A stretch of 64,000 bases of DNA from Eledone cirrhosa (taxonomy: Eukaryota): positions 186,001-250,000 of the forward strand of contig OZ024747.1 in the NCBI GenBank assembly GCA_964016885.1. The letters run 5' to 3'. Below the pieces are notes generated by a model, which had not been told where the DNA came from, did not search any database, and saw only the letters and a list, made by a program, of their open reading frames with translations. Shown piece after piece: positions 13,304 through 26,617 of this stretch. Every line of letters starts with the position of its first letter. Within the stretch, counting starts at the first letter, position 1. The translations under genes and the position numbers were made by a program.

Positions 13304-13440
13304 CCTTCATCACAAAATACCTAGAACAATGCAGTTGTCAGCATGATTTATCTCCAACCTGGGTGTTTAACACGCTACTCGACTTTGGAGTGAAACCTAC
13401 CAAGTTGCTACAAGTTTATGATTCAATTTTTAAATTTAGG
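13304..13440 (+). CDS. NUP155: NUP155 exon (FITKYLEQCSCQHDLSPTWVFNTLLDFGVKPTKLLQVYDSIFKFR)
   Basis: cAG / GTgag, phase 1/0; matches FIVQFLEQ...LLEVYDQLFKSR. Confidence 0.9.
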
Positions 13441-14023
13441 GTGAGCCTTTTCATGTTTTAGTTTTTAATTATTTAGTCAGTAAGGTAGAAGCAGTGCCCT
13501 TGATGGTTATCAGGGCCTCTGAGACTGATGGAAACGAGTGAAGAATGTGTTCTAAAACTAGAAAGCTGGCCGCAATTACTGCAACAGAGTGAACTCCACT
13601 AAAGCCACCCTAGGGCATGTTGGTGATGTTAAACCAGGTGACACATTAAGCCCTACCACCCAAGCGGGTTACAGTGAGATTTGAATTTGGAATGCTAAGA
13701 GCTGGAACAACTTGAATGTGATATGAGCAAGATGGTAGTTGTAGTCATCAAGAGTTTTCTATGTACCTCAGGATTTCGAAATCTTTTATAAAAGTGAGAC
13801 TATTGGTTTCTGAAGTTGTCTGTAAAAGTCCTTTTGTACTTTACTTAGTCCTGTCTGTGGGGCATAGGTAGATGTGATTGTCACCAGTCTATTTCCTACA
13901 GTTAATCTAAGCCCGATAATTCTGTCACTTACTCTGGCTACCTCTATCACCTTATCCATTCATTTTCAGCTTGTAAGAAGCCTACACTTCCTACCCCATC
14001 GTCATTTCCTATCTAGTAAAGTC

Positions 14024-17000
14024 ATCATCATCATCATCATCATCGTTTAACGTCCATCTTCCACGCTTGCATGGGTTTGGACGGGAGTTTTCCCACTTGA
14101 GGCAAGAGTGGTTGTCTGGCGGGTTTTCTACGGCTGGATGCCCTTCCTAACACCAACCACGTTTACAGTGTGGACTGGGAGGTTTTTACCGTGTTACCTA
14201 CACGGCCACATTACAGCGTGGACTGTGTGTTTTTTTGTTGTGACACCTACACAACCTCATTTGTTTTGGACTGGATGTTGTGGTACCAACATAACTTTAC
14301 ATTGAAAGGGTGGGGGTAGTGGGACGGGGGTGTATTTTGTTAGAGGTGCCTACTGACTGTAGTAAGTTTCACTTTGTACTTAGGTAAGGCGGGTCTTCTC
14401 TATTACTGAGTACCGCCAAAGCTCTCGGTCCAGTGACATTGTCTTGGAGAGGTGTAAGTGTGTGAGGTCGAAATTTATCAAGTTGTCCCAGGTTTTTCTG
14501 GGTCTGCCTACTCCGTGGCTACCGTCTATTTTTATTGCCCTGCACTTTTTTATACAGCTGTCGTCTTTCATGCGCATCACGTGACCATACCAACGTAGTC
14601 TTCTCTCGAGTAAACAACATCTGATCCCTCTTATTTCTAATTTTTCCCTTAGTTCGTTTATGCTTTGCCGTTCACGTATATTACTATTACACATCCAGCG
14701 GAGCATGCAGGCTTCGTTCCTCTCCAGTCTGCGTATATCCTCTGCACACAATGCTCAGGTCTCACTGCCATGTACATTGGTGTTCGAATGCAAGCATCAT
14801 ACAGCCTGCCTTTCATTTTTAGAGAGAACCCTTTAGCGGCCAATAGTGGTATAAGCTCTCTGAACTTTTTCCATCCAGTTCTGACTCTAGTTACTGTACT
14901 TTCAGAGCACCCTCCACCACTGCTGATTTTGACACCCAAGTAACGGAAGGTGTCCACTATTTCTATAGAACCATCTGTGCAATGGAATGAGCTAGTATTC
15001 TGTGGGCACTTGCTGCTACTTATTACACCAGAGCACCGGCCACATATAAAATCTATGTTCTTAGTTAGCTTACCTGTGATCCCACATCTTTTATGCACCC
15101 ATACTTTGCATTTGGGACATAAAATGGAGTTTCTACCTACTACTTTCCTAGACACTGAGCATGGCCATTTCCCGGATGGGACCGGTGCCCTATTTTCCTT
15201 CCTACAAACTAGAACTTTAGTCTTAATTTTAAGGCCTTTTGATTCTAGGCCATGCTTCCATGTTTGGAATTTCCACTGATTCAGCTATGAGCGTTAGATC
15301 ATCTGCGTATAGGAGTTCCCATGGGCAGCCGGTCTTGAACTCCACTGTTATATATAGCCTGAAGGGCAATAATAAATAGTAGGTGGCTAAGAACGGAGCC
15401 CTGATGAACACCAACTATTACACTAAACTCTTCGCTATATTTGTTGTTAATTCTAACCTTGCTGACTGTTTCTTTATACATGGCTTGTATAGCTCTCACA
15501 AGCCATTCATCAACACCTAGTTTTCTAAGAGCCCACCAGATAATGGAACGAGGGACTCTGTCAAAGGCTTTCTCCAAGTCGACAAAAGCTAAGTATAGGG
15601 GTTTACTTTTAGCTAGGTACTTCTCCTGTAGTTGTCGTACAATGAAAAGAACGTCTGTGGTACTTTTACCTGACACAAACCCGAACTGCATTTCATCTAG
15701 ATCAATTCGCTCTCTGATTAGTTGCGCTATTACTTTTTCTGTGACCTTCATGACCTGGTCAATTAATTTAATGCCTCTATAGTTACCCCTATCTAGAGCA
15801 TCTCCTTTACCCTTGTAGCAATTAATGATGATGCTGCACCAGTCCTTTGGAACAACCCCATTCTGTATGACTTGGTTTACTATCTGGGTGACCATGGTGT
15901 GTCCCACCGTTCCAGAAGCTTTCAGCATTTCAGCAACTATTTCCGAAGGCCTAGCCGCCTTACCCGTCTTCATATCTTTGATTGCCTTACTTATTATACT
16001 ACCTTCAACTAGCATTGCTGGTCCCTCTATTGGATCGATGTGGGGGAGACTGTCTTTCTCCCATTTATTCTCCTCATTTAGTAGCCTTTCGTAGTGACAC
16101 TTCCAAGCTACCTTCTTATCAGCGTCAGTGATGGAAAGTACACCATCATCATTAAGGACACACAATATCACGGTTTTTCTTGACACATTGCCTAGCAATC
16201 CTGAACACCTCACGTTTTTGGTCCTCGCGTTGTAGAACATGCTTGAACTTTCTTTCCTCTGCTTCCCTTCTTGCGAAGTACACTTGTCTCCTAGCTTCCC
16301 TCCTGGCCACTTGATAGTCTTCTCTACTTCCCCCATCCCGCCATACTTTCCAAGCCTGCTTTTTGGCCTTGATTGACTCCTCCACCTTACTGTTCCACCA
16401 CCAAGTTACTCTCCTCCTGCCTATAGGCCTGCTCCAGCCACAGACTTCATCTGCCGCCATCAGCAGGTTTGCCTTCAGGAATTCCCACTGTTCCTCTATA
16501 TTGTACGACTCTAATTGCTCTTCCTTACTGTCAAAAGCATCAAGTAATATGCTTTTAAATTTATTACTGGCTGTGGGGTCCTTTAGCTTCCATATTTTTC
16601 TCCTGAGGATAGTCCTCTTCTGTTGTCGAGTACGTCTCGTCCTGACTATGAGGTCGCTAATTATCAGTCTATGTTGGGAGGTGCATTCTTCATGGGGGAG
16701 AGATTTAGTGTTTACAAAAGACACTCTGTCACGTCTTCTGGTAAGGATATAATCTACCTGGCTGGTATGTTCCCCTGATCTGGAGGTGATCAAGTGATTG
16801 TCTCGTTTTTTGAAGTTAGTGTTACAGATAGTTAGGTTATTTGCGTCACAGAATTTCAGGATTCTGGAGCCTTCCTCATTTCTAGTACCAAACCCATAGC
16901 CTCCATGGATTCCGTCATAGCCGTCACAATGTTGTCTAACATGACCATTTAGGTCACCAGCAATAATTATATAGTCACTGTCGGTTATTTGGGAGGTAGT

Positions 17001-18731
17001 GAGCATCAGTGTCTCATAGAATCTGTCTTTTATAGCGCCAGGCAGTCCGGATTGGGGTGCGTACGCAGATATTACTGTCACAGTAGTTCTATTTAGAACA
17101 AGTCTTATTTTAATTATTCTGTCATTCACTCTATTTACGTCTATTATCTTATCCACCCATATTTCTGCTAACATGATTCCTACCCCACCCAGTCCATTCA
17201 TTTCCCACCCAGAAAAGCTTATAGCATCGTTTTTTACCCACAATGAATTTAGCAGACCTGCCCCTCCACCTGGTCTCTTGGCTACAGCAAACATCAACCT
17301 CCTTACGTTCAAGCATTTCTGCAACCTCGTTAGAGCGGCGTTTTAAGGTGCCTACATTCATGGTATCAACTCTGAAGTTTTGGATTGCGTTTGGTGGGTG
17401 GGGAGGGGGGAGGGGGTTGGGGTTATGTTGGCCAAAACAAAGAGGAGTCCTTGCCCTTTCGTCCGGCAGCATGAGGTGAATTTGTCGTTATCTTTGGCAT
17501 TGTCTCCGAGTGTCCAGATTCTTCAGACTCTCCAGAAATTCCTTAGTCCATCCATCATATCGAAAAGCAACCAGAAGAAGTGATAGCATAGGCCACTGAC
17601 TTATGATTGGTCCAAATAATAATAGTGGAGAGTGGGGGCGAGCGAGAGGGGTATGGGGTAGTTAGCGAGGAGAAGGTTATAAATAAAGCAATAAACAGTA
17701 ACAAGCGATATACTGGGATTTTTAAATACACAAGATTATTTAGAACAGCCAGACAGAATTATAGAATAGCATTGAGAAAGTAGGATTTGGATTCTGGGCG
17801 ATTATACAGATATATGGATGAATGAACCGAAGAGTGGGGAGACAAGAAGAAATGGTATTTTTACATTACATTTCGTAGAAGTGGACTGACCATTAATAAA
17901 AGTTGACAAATTCTGAGATTCGTACCTCGTAACAGGTTTATTTATATTTGGTGCGAGTAGGGAGTGATCGAGAGAGAGGGAGAGAGAGACCAACAGGCAC
18001 GTATGTGATAGAGAGAGGGGGGGTGATAGAGATTTAGAGGGCCGAGAGAGGCCATTTTTATGAATCCTGGAAAATTTTGGCCAAAATGGTAGTTAGCGAG
18101 AAGGTTTTAAATAAAGCAATAAACAGTAACAAGCGATATACTGGGATTTTTAAATACACAAGATTATTTAGAACAGCCAGACAGAATTATAGAATAGCTT
18201 TGAGAAAGTAGGATTTGGATTCTGGGCGATTATACAGATATATGGATGAATGAACCGAAGAGTGGGGAGACAAGAAGAAATGGTATTTTTACATTACATT
18301 TCGTAGAAGTGGACTGACCATTAATAAAAGTTGACAAATTCTGAGATTCGTACCTCGTAACAGGTTTATTTATATTTGGTGCGAGTAGGGAGTGATCGAG
18401 AGAGAGGGAGAGAGAGACCAACAGGCACGTATGTGATAGAGAGAGGGGGGGGTGATAGAGATTTAGAGGGCCGAGAGAGGCCATTTTTATGAATCCTGGA
18501 AAATTTCAGCCAAAATGGTAGTTAGCGAGGAGAAGGTTTTAAATAAAGCAATAAACAGTAACAAGCGATATACTGGGATTTTTAAATACACAAGATTATT
18601 TAGAACAGCCAGACAGAATTATAGAATAGCATTGAGAAAGTAGGATTTGGATTCTGGGCGATTATACAGATATATGGATGAATGAACTGAAGGGTGGGGA
18701 GACAAGAAGAAATGGTATTTTTACATTACAT
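14024..18731 (-). mobile_element. Near full-length RTE-clade LINE (APE endonuclease, RT, PHD-like finger), frameshifted, with (GAT)n tail and tandem 5' repeats
   Basis: APE motifs MNVGTL, SAYAPQ, GDLNGH, VDYIL; RT DLEKAFD, GVHQGSVLS, YADDL; terminal GRPRKTW; CATCAT tail at 14024-14043. Confidence 0.93.
17658..18731. repeat. About 2.5 tandem copies of a ~430-bp unit at the 5' end of the RTE element
   Basis: Near-identical units start GGTAGTTAGCGAG at about 17658, 18088 and 18518. Confidence 0.95.
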
Positions 18732-18744
18732 TATATATATATAT

Positions 18745-21325
18745 ATCATCATCATCGATTAACGTCCATGTTCCACGCTTGCATGGGTTTGGACGGGAGT
18801 TTTCCCAGTTGAGGCAAGAGTGGTTGTCATTGCTCGCATAGGACTGTCTGGCGGGTTTTCTACAGCTGGATGCCCTTCCTAACACCAACCACATTTACAG
18901 TGTGGGGCTGGGAGGTTTTTACCGTGTTGCCTACACGGCCACATTACAGCGTGGACTGTGTTTTTTTGTCGTGACACCTACACGATCTCATTTGTTTCGG
19001 CCTGGATGTTGTGGCACCAACATAACTTTACATTGAAAGGGGTGGTGGGACGGGGGTGTATTTTGTTAGAGATGCCTAGGAGGTATTCAAGATTGCGAGG
19101 CAGTGTGTCAGAGATAGTTGTGATGTCATTGGAGAGAAGTGTATCCGGAATGATAAAGGTGAGCTTGCCCTCACAAGTGCTGAGAAGAAAGATGCATGGA
19201 AGAGTCATTATGATAGATTACTAAATGAGGAGGATGCATGGGAAGAAGAGACCCTACCCCAAGTAGACCCTATAGAGGGACCAGCAGTACAAGTCAGCAG
19301 CAGCGTAGTAAGTAAGGCAATCAAAGATATGAAGATGGGGAAGACAACCGGTCCATCGGGTATAGCTGCCGAGATGCTGAAGGCATCTGGGTCTGTAGGT
19401 CACACTATAACCACACGTATCGTTAACCAGGTAATACTAGAAGGTGCCATACCAAAAGATTGGTGCAGTAGCATCATTGTCAACTGCTACAAAGGTAAAG
19501 GCGATGCACTAGATAGAGGAAACTATAGAGGTATAAAGTTGAAGGACCAGGTCATGAAAGTAACAGAAAGAGTTATAGCACAGCTGATTAGGGACCGGGT
19601 GAAAATAGACGAGATGCAATTTGGGTTTGTACCAGGGAGAGGCACCACTGATGCCTTCTTCCTTGTGCGGCAATTACAGGAAAAGTACCTAGCTAAAAGT
19701 AAGCCACTCTACTTGGCATTTGTCGACCTTGAGAAAGCCTTTGACAGAGTTCCACGTACTGTAATCTGGTGGGCTCTTAGAAAACTAGGAGTAGATGAAT
19801 GGCTTGTGAAAGCGGTACAAGCCATGTATAGGGGAGCAGTCAGCAAAGTTAGGATTAGCAATGAGTATAGCGAGGAATTTAGCGTACAGGTTGGGGTCCA
19901 CCAGGGCTCTGTTCTTAGCCCTCTCCTGTTCATCATAGTCCTGTAGGCAATAACGGAGGAGTTTAAGACCGGATGCCCATGGGAACTCCTGTATGCTGAT
20001 GACCTCGCACTCATAGCTGAATCTATGGTAGAACTAGAGAATAAATTCCAAACTTGGAAGCAGGGACTAGAAAGAAAGGGTCTCAAAGTCAACATGACAA
20101 AGACTAAGGTCCTTGTAAGTAGACGAGAAAACAAAACCCAGATCCCCTCAGGGAAATGGCCTTGCTCAGTATGTAGGAAAGGTGTAGGTAGGAACTCCAT
20201 TCTCTGCCCCAAATGCAAACAATGGGCACACAAGAGATGTAGCGGGATCTCAGGAAGCTTAATTAAGAATGTAGGATTCACATGCAGCAGCTGTGCTGAA
20301 ACAGCAAGCAGCAAACAGCCACAGGAAACAAGTACCACCAATCCCTGGGAGGGCCCGGTAGAAACAGTAGACAGCTTCTGCTACCTAGGTGACCGAATTA
20401 GCAACGGAGGTGGGTGTTCAGAAAGTACAATAACTAGGGTAAGAACGGGATGGAAGAAGTTTAGGGAACTACTACCACTGCTAGCTGCAAAAGGCTTCTC
20501 CCTCAGAATGAAAGGCAGACTGTATGATGCGTGTATCCGAACAGCGATGTTGCATGGTAGTGAGACCTGGGCGCTGAAGGTGGAAGACTTACGTAGATTA
20601 GAGAGAAACGAAGCCTGTATGCTCCGATGGATGTGTAACAGTAATATACGTGAACGACAAAGCATAAATGAATTGAGAGAGAGACTGAGCATAAGAGGAA
20701 TCAAATGCTGTGTGCAGGAGAGGCGGTTGTGCTGGTATGGACATGTGATGCGTATGAAGGATGACAGCTGCATAAAAAGGTGCAGAGCACTAGAAGTTGA
20801 TGGAAACCGCGGAGTGGGAAGACCCAAGATGACCTGGGATGAGGTGATAAAAGCCAACCTTACCCAATTGCACCTCTCAAAGACAATGACACACGACCAT
20901 GACTTCTGGCGTCACGCAGTAATACAGAGTACCCGACCTCCCATGGGTACAAGCTGAAGCATATAGACAATATGCCCCCACACTCCCCACCGCAAGGTGG
21001 TCGTGGAGGTGCCACGGCAAAAAAGCACCCAGCCCACACTGTAAAGTGGACGTGTAGGCGCCACGAAAAAGCACCCAGCACTCACTGTAAATGAGGTTGG
21101 TGTTAGGAAGGGCATCCAGCTGTAGAAATCAAGCCAAATCAGTTCCTGTATGAGCAAGGCATGGTCAGCCGACCAGACACTGCCCACAACAGGACAACCC
21201 GTCTAACCCATGCTAGCGTGGAAGAACGGACGTAAAACGGTGATGATGATGATGCCTACTGACTGTAGTAGGTTTTACTTTGTATTTAGGTAAGGCGGGT
21301 CTTCTCTATTACTGAGTACCGCCAT
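18745..21325 (-). mobile_element. Short 3' fragment of the same RTE family as 14024-18731, split by the insertion at 19079-21250
   Basis: 18745-19078 plus 21251-21325 together match 14035-14420. Confidence 0.85.
19079..21250 (+). mobile_element. 5'-truncated RTE LINE (RT plus PHD-like finger), (GAT)n tail, TSD GATGCCTA
   Basis: ORFs 19329-19946 and 20025-20957 are in one frame, separated by a TAG; GATGCCTA at 19071-19078 and 21251-21258. Confidence 0.93.
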
Positions 21326-21360
21326 AGATATATATATACATATATATATATGTGTATATA

Positions 21361-21845
21361 TTATGCGTACGAAAGGCCGGTTGTATGATGCCTGTGTGAG
21401 GAGCGCGATGCTGCATGGTAGTGAGACATGGGCAGCAACTGCAGAGGATATGCGACGGCTGGAGAGAAATGAGGCAAGCATGCTCCATTGGATGTGCAGT
21501 GTAAATGTGCGTGAACGACCCAGCATAAATGTGATGAGAGAGAAACTGTGTCTGAGAGGGATAGAATGTAGTGTACGGGAGAGGAGACTGAGGTGGTATG
21601 GACATGTGATGCGCATGGAGGATGACTGATGGGTGAAGAAGTGCCAGGAAATGTCAGTTGAAGGAAGACGTGGTAGAGGTACACCACGAAAAACATGGGC
21701 GGAGGTGGTGAGAACAGACCTCAGATCATTGAAGCTCACGGTGGAGATGACGAAGGACTGTGACGAGTGGAGAGATGCTGTGCTGAATAAGACCCGTCCC
21801 ACCCTTGCAAGCAGGGAAAAGCGGACGTAAAATGATGATGATGAT
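21361..21845 (+). mobile_element. 3' fragment of another RTE subfamily
   Basis: KGRLYDACVRSAMLHGSETW...LRWYGHV...RGTPRKTW; ATGATG tail. Confidence 0.85.
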
Positions 21846-21943
21846 AGGTTGTGTCAGATTAAATGCTTTGTGTCATTTGTTTCAGTTCTCTGAATCAAAT
21901 ATCTTTGACCATTTGAAATATCTTTGACCATTTCTCTTCTTTC

Positions 21944-22088
21944 TCAGACCTAGAGTTAAACAACAACAGTTACCCCATTGCTCAGACCTAGGGCTAAACA
22001 ACAACAGTACCCCATTACTCATACCTAGGGCTAAACAACAACAGTACCCCATTGCTCAGACCTAGGGCTAAACAACAACAGTACCCCA
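21944..22088. repeat. Four copies of a ~37-bp tandem repeat (CTCAGACCTAGGGCTAAACAACAACAGTACCCCATTG)
   Basis: Direct inspection. Confidence 0.9.
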
Positions 22089-22192
22089 AGAATATCTTTT
22101 CATCTCCTTCCATCACTTGTTGAAGACAAATGTTGTATTGCTAAAAACTGGATAGCTTTTTAATGGTATTTATGTTTTGTCTTTATTACTAG

Positions 22193-22299
22193 GGTCCAAG
22201 CTGGCAGAAATATCACAAACCATTACACATTCTCACAGTTTTATACCATCTTATTGATAAATTAACGAACATGATCCACTTGATTCCAACAGCAGAGCG
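22193..22299 (+). CDS. NUP155: NUP155 exon (GPSWQKYHKPLHILTVLYHLIDKLTNMIHLIPTAE-R)
   Basis: tAG / GTgag, phase 0/2; matches DPFW...KPLHLL. Confidence 0.88.
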
Positions 22300-22321
22300 G
22301 TGAGTTTTTGTCACTCTTTCT

Positions 22322-25300
22322 ATAATAATGAAATTATTGTGTACAGTGCTCAGGTGCACTTCAACTCATCAAAGGTGCATGTATAGTACATAGAATAATA
22401 TACAAATGTCAGGGAAGTGAATAGTGTATGAGTCATGATATACATGTGTGCGTGTGTATGGAGGGGGAATATTAGGTGTAGTGTTGGCGAATCTCAGGAA
22501 GCATGGAGGTTTTAAAGGATGCAGTGTCTCAACAGCTAACAACTGATGCAGGGAGTTTGTTCCATGCTTCAGCAACTCTGAGTGAAAAAATGCTTCCGAA
22601 AGTCATGGGAGCTGTGCTGTTTTCTGACTTTGTTGACATGCCCATGTGTATTAGACACCTGGAAATCAAAAAGGTACTCAGGGTTGTTGTTGGCAAGATG
22701 TTTAATAATCTTGTGGGTGTTTACCAAGTCAGTTGCCAGACGTCGGAGCTTCAATGTATTCATGCCCAGGGAAGTAAGGCGTTCAGAGTATGGTAGATGC
22801 TTGATGGAGGGTATTCGCTTGGTTGCACGTCTCTGAACAGTTTCCAGGCGGTCAATGTTCTGAGCAAGATAGGGGTTCCAGACTGGTGATGCAAATTATA
22901 AGTGGTCGTACCATAGCTGTATACAGCTTTAAATAGATAGCTGGAGAGCGGCTGACAAAGGTCTTGCTGAGTGATGCCAAGACACCCTTGGCCTTCTTGA
23001 CAATTTTAGAGATGTGGTTCGTCCAACACAAATCGCTGGTGACAGTAATGCCCAGGTCACATTCACAAAAAGACTTCTTGATATTAGTGTTGTGAAGGGA
23101 GTATATGGACGCTGGGTTTTTACTCCCAAAATGCATGGTGGTACACTTGTCCACAGCCAGCTTGAGTTGCTAGTCCGTGATCCATTGTTGCATTTTGTCC
23201 AGGTCATATTGCAGGCAAGACCTATAGTGTTCAGGATTGGTCCTTTTTATCTCAAGGTACAGCTTCATGTCATCTGCATATTTCAGTACTGTGGCATTCT
23301 TTAAGTTGGCATCTATGTCATTAATATATGCCACAAACAAAAGGGGGCCAAGAACAGATCCCTGTGGTACACCAGATGATATCTCATATGGTGAGGAATG
23401 CTGTCCTAGAACCGTGACTACCTCTCTTCGACTGAGAATGAAGGGCTTCAACAGTTAAAAAGATCATCCTTCACACTCATTGCAGAGAGTTTTGCCATAA
23501 GCCTTTTGTGTGGCACAGAATTGAAAGCTTTAGCAAAGTCAAGGTAAACAACATCCACCCATGAGCCACCATCAGTGATCTGGTTGATGTCTTCAAGAAA
23601 CTCGATAAGTTAATCACAGCAGCTGGAGTTAGGGATAAATCCAAATTGTGAGGGCCGGATAAGACTGAGTGTTCCAGAAGTTCCAAAGTGTTTCTCTGAC
23701 ACAGGATTCCATCAGTTTGGCAATGCAGCTAGTAAGACTGACTGGACGATAGTTCACAGGTGATGAGCGGTCACCCTTTTTGAACAGAGGAATGACACTG
23801 GCAGTGTTCCACTGTTCTAGAGTAGCACCGTTGTTCAGACACAATTGGAAGAAGCGTTATAGCTGGTGCAGAAGGAAGTACCCACCACATTTGAGAAGCA
23901 GGTACGTAATACCATCAAGACCAGGAGAGGCATGGTTGCATTTATTTTTAGGTGACGTCGCAGCATTGCAGGTGTAAATTCCATAGTTGTAATAGAATCC
24001 GATGTCAGAGGTGGTGGAGATGGTACACTCTGGTGTTCAATAGTGAAAATGCCTGCATAGCATTTAACGAGTTCTGCGCATTCCTTGGAGTCGTCAGTAA
24101 CCTGGCTTGTGTGGGGATTGCGAAGAGGACCAACTGGAGAGTGAGGCCTCTGCTTTGAGTGAACATACTTCCAGAACACCTTACTGTCAGGGCTGGTTGC
24201 TATGCGCTGCTCAAATTCAAGCACTGCCTTTTTTGTCACCTGTTTGAGATGGTTGGATGATTTATTTCGCTTTTTCCTATTGATATCTGATTTATGCAGT
24301 TTGTACTCGCGTTCAGAATTACAACGTTCTTTTCTGACAAGACGGACTGCTGCAGTCTCCCAAATTGCACTTTTGGGATGTTTTTTTCTGCTTACGTGGC
24401 ACCAATGCTGCACATGCTGTCCATATTGAGTTCAGTATGTTCTGGAGTACAGTGTTGACATCTCAAGAGTCGTAAAACTCAAGCCAGTTTGGACGTTTCA
24501 GCTCGGTGCAGTAACAGTTCCAGTCTGCTTTATTCTAGTCAAAGTAAGCAGTTTGGAGATGGTTGTGGTTTTTGTTACTGCCCATGAGGGATAGATTGGC
24601 AATGATCATAGCATGATCAGAGTCCCCTAAAGGTTCCTGAGTAGTAACACTAATAACTGTTTCAGGAGTAGTGGTGAAGAGTAGATCTAAAGTGTTGTCA
24701 CCTCTTGTTGGGGAGCTGACTACTTGGGACCAATTCGAGTCCAGCACTAGCTCAAGGAAATCATTTGCACTTTGTGGCCAACAAAAGGTTTTCCAGTCAA
24801 TCTCAGGGTGATTGAAGTCCCCTGCAATAAAAACGTAAGTGGCTGTTTTCCTGGCAACAGCTCTGAGGATATCACAAAGTTGAGTGTCCTGATGGTAATT
24901 TGGGGGACGGTAAACAACTCCAAGTAGCAGTGTTGACATGGTCATATGTATATCACAGAAAAATACTTCTTGTTGTGATTGGTTCAAATCAACACAAGGA
25001 TTTGCTGAAAAATTTGACCGAACGTAGACCATTACACCACCACCACGATGATTAAAGCAGTCTTTACGAAACAAGTTATAGCCAGTTATGCTGAAGACCC
25101 CCATCATAGAGTAAGGAATGTGCCCGTGTTTCCATGACTGTAATGATGTCAGGGTCGATACTTTTGACGTAGGAGTAAAAATGATGTATCTTATTGCATA
25201 GACTACGTGCATTCAAGGACAACAATTTGTACCTTGATTCCAGTCTATGATTATGTGCAGGGGATGGCAGGTTGTTCTGATTTAGTTTCCCAGATTTTTT

Positions 25301-26150
25301 TCAGTTTTTTATTGTCAGTTGTAGTGGGGACAGTGTTTTCAGACCAGTTGGTATCTCTTTTCCACGTTTCACCAGCCTTAATAAACTTCCACATTTGCCC
25401 ATCATCGCATAGGCTGAAGCTTTCATGTTCTGCCGAGCTGCGGTTTAAAGAATCTGCAACATGCAGCTTTGGACGGACATCAGGTGGAAGACCAAGGCTG
25501 TTTGGAAGGCAACCCGACTTTCATGCCTAGCTTTATCAGAGGCCAAAAGATATGAACGTGCCTCAGTTGAGTTCGAAAAAGACAGACTAATTAGCCTGAG
25601 TTTCGGACCTGGTTGGCCAAGGCGTAGAGCACTCTTTGGGGGAGCACAGCCCAAGTCTTTGGATGAACTGGCAGCAATTGTCTACAGATCAACTATGTCT
25701 TCTGGTACACCAATGGCAATCACTTCGTGGTTTGCAGATTCAGTGGCATTCTCAATGCATCTAGGTTCGGCAAAAGGTACGCAGAGATTTTTTAACAAGG
25801 CACTCTGGTAAGATCCCTCATTGTGAGGTTCTACATGAACGCTTGACTTGATGCCTGCTATTTCTCGGCTTAAAGGGGAAATCATTTGCCGTATTTCCTC
25901 AAACACCATATTGACGGTCGATTTTTGTTGTTGTTCTTCTCCTTCAACAGGCATGGTAGGGGAAGACACAGTCGTCGGTTGTTGTTGTTGCAAAGTAACG
26001 GGGGGAGGAAGACATGGGTTGCTGTTGTTGATGAAGTCCTTCAACAGGGGTAGTAGCAGAAGCTACAGTCATTGGTATCTGTCTTTCTGTTTGTGTGTGT
26101 GTGTGTGGGGGTGGGTGTCTCTCTGTGTGTGCGTGTATGTTTTTATTCTT
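22322..26150 (-). mobile_element. Near full-length degenerate CR1/L2-group LINE (ORF1 remnant, APE, RT)
   Basis: YRPP, GDFNHP, DLLF, SDH (APE); NYRPVSLTS, SGVPQGSVLGPLLF, YADDMK (RT); upstream ORF1-like pieces at 25445-26044; the same 3' end recurs at 61973-62045. Confidence 0.88.
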
Positions 26151-26617
26151 TAAGTTCTTCCTATAAAAAGAGGGTGAGGGGTAGTTTCTAACAGAAATAA
26201 AGATCTATTACTGGAATTTAGGTATCAACAAAAAGTAAAAAATTGCATATTTTCACAGTTCTACTACTACAACCACCATCACCACTACTACTATCATCAC
26301 TATTACCACCATCACCACTACCTTTACCACCACCACCACTACTACCACAGCCACTATTACCACCACTACTACCGTCATCATCATCATCATCATAACTAGA
26401 GACTAGATAAGATTTGAATGTCCCCTTGGATTTTCTCCTGCCAGTTAGTATTGAAAGTGATCAACTGAAATACTCTGGCGACTTCCTTAACTTCCCAAGC
26501 TTAGTTCTATTTTCAGCTGGGTTCCAAAGGACCCATTTGTTCAATATGCCATATCATCAACTATATTATTTTATATTACATCTAATTTTCCTTTTTTATT
26601 TTAATTTCTCTTTATAG

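Noticed and set aside
17802-18484. Duplicated small ORFs (63 and 84 aa) as genes
   Set aside because: They come from the tandem 430-bp repeat, contain CT-repeat-derived SLSL runs and have no recognisable domain.
26260-26395. Thr/His-rich coding-like stretch before the NUP155 last exon
   Set aside because: Intronic (ACC/ACT/ATC)n simple repeat; the flanking exons join in phase without it.
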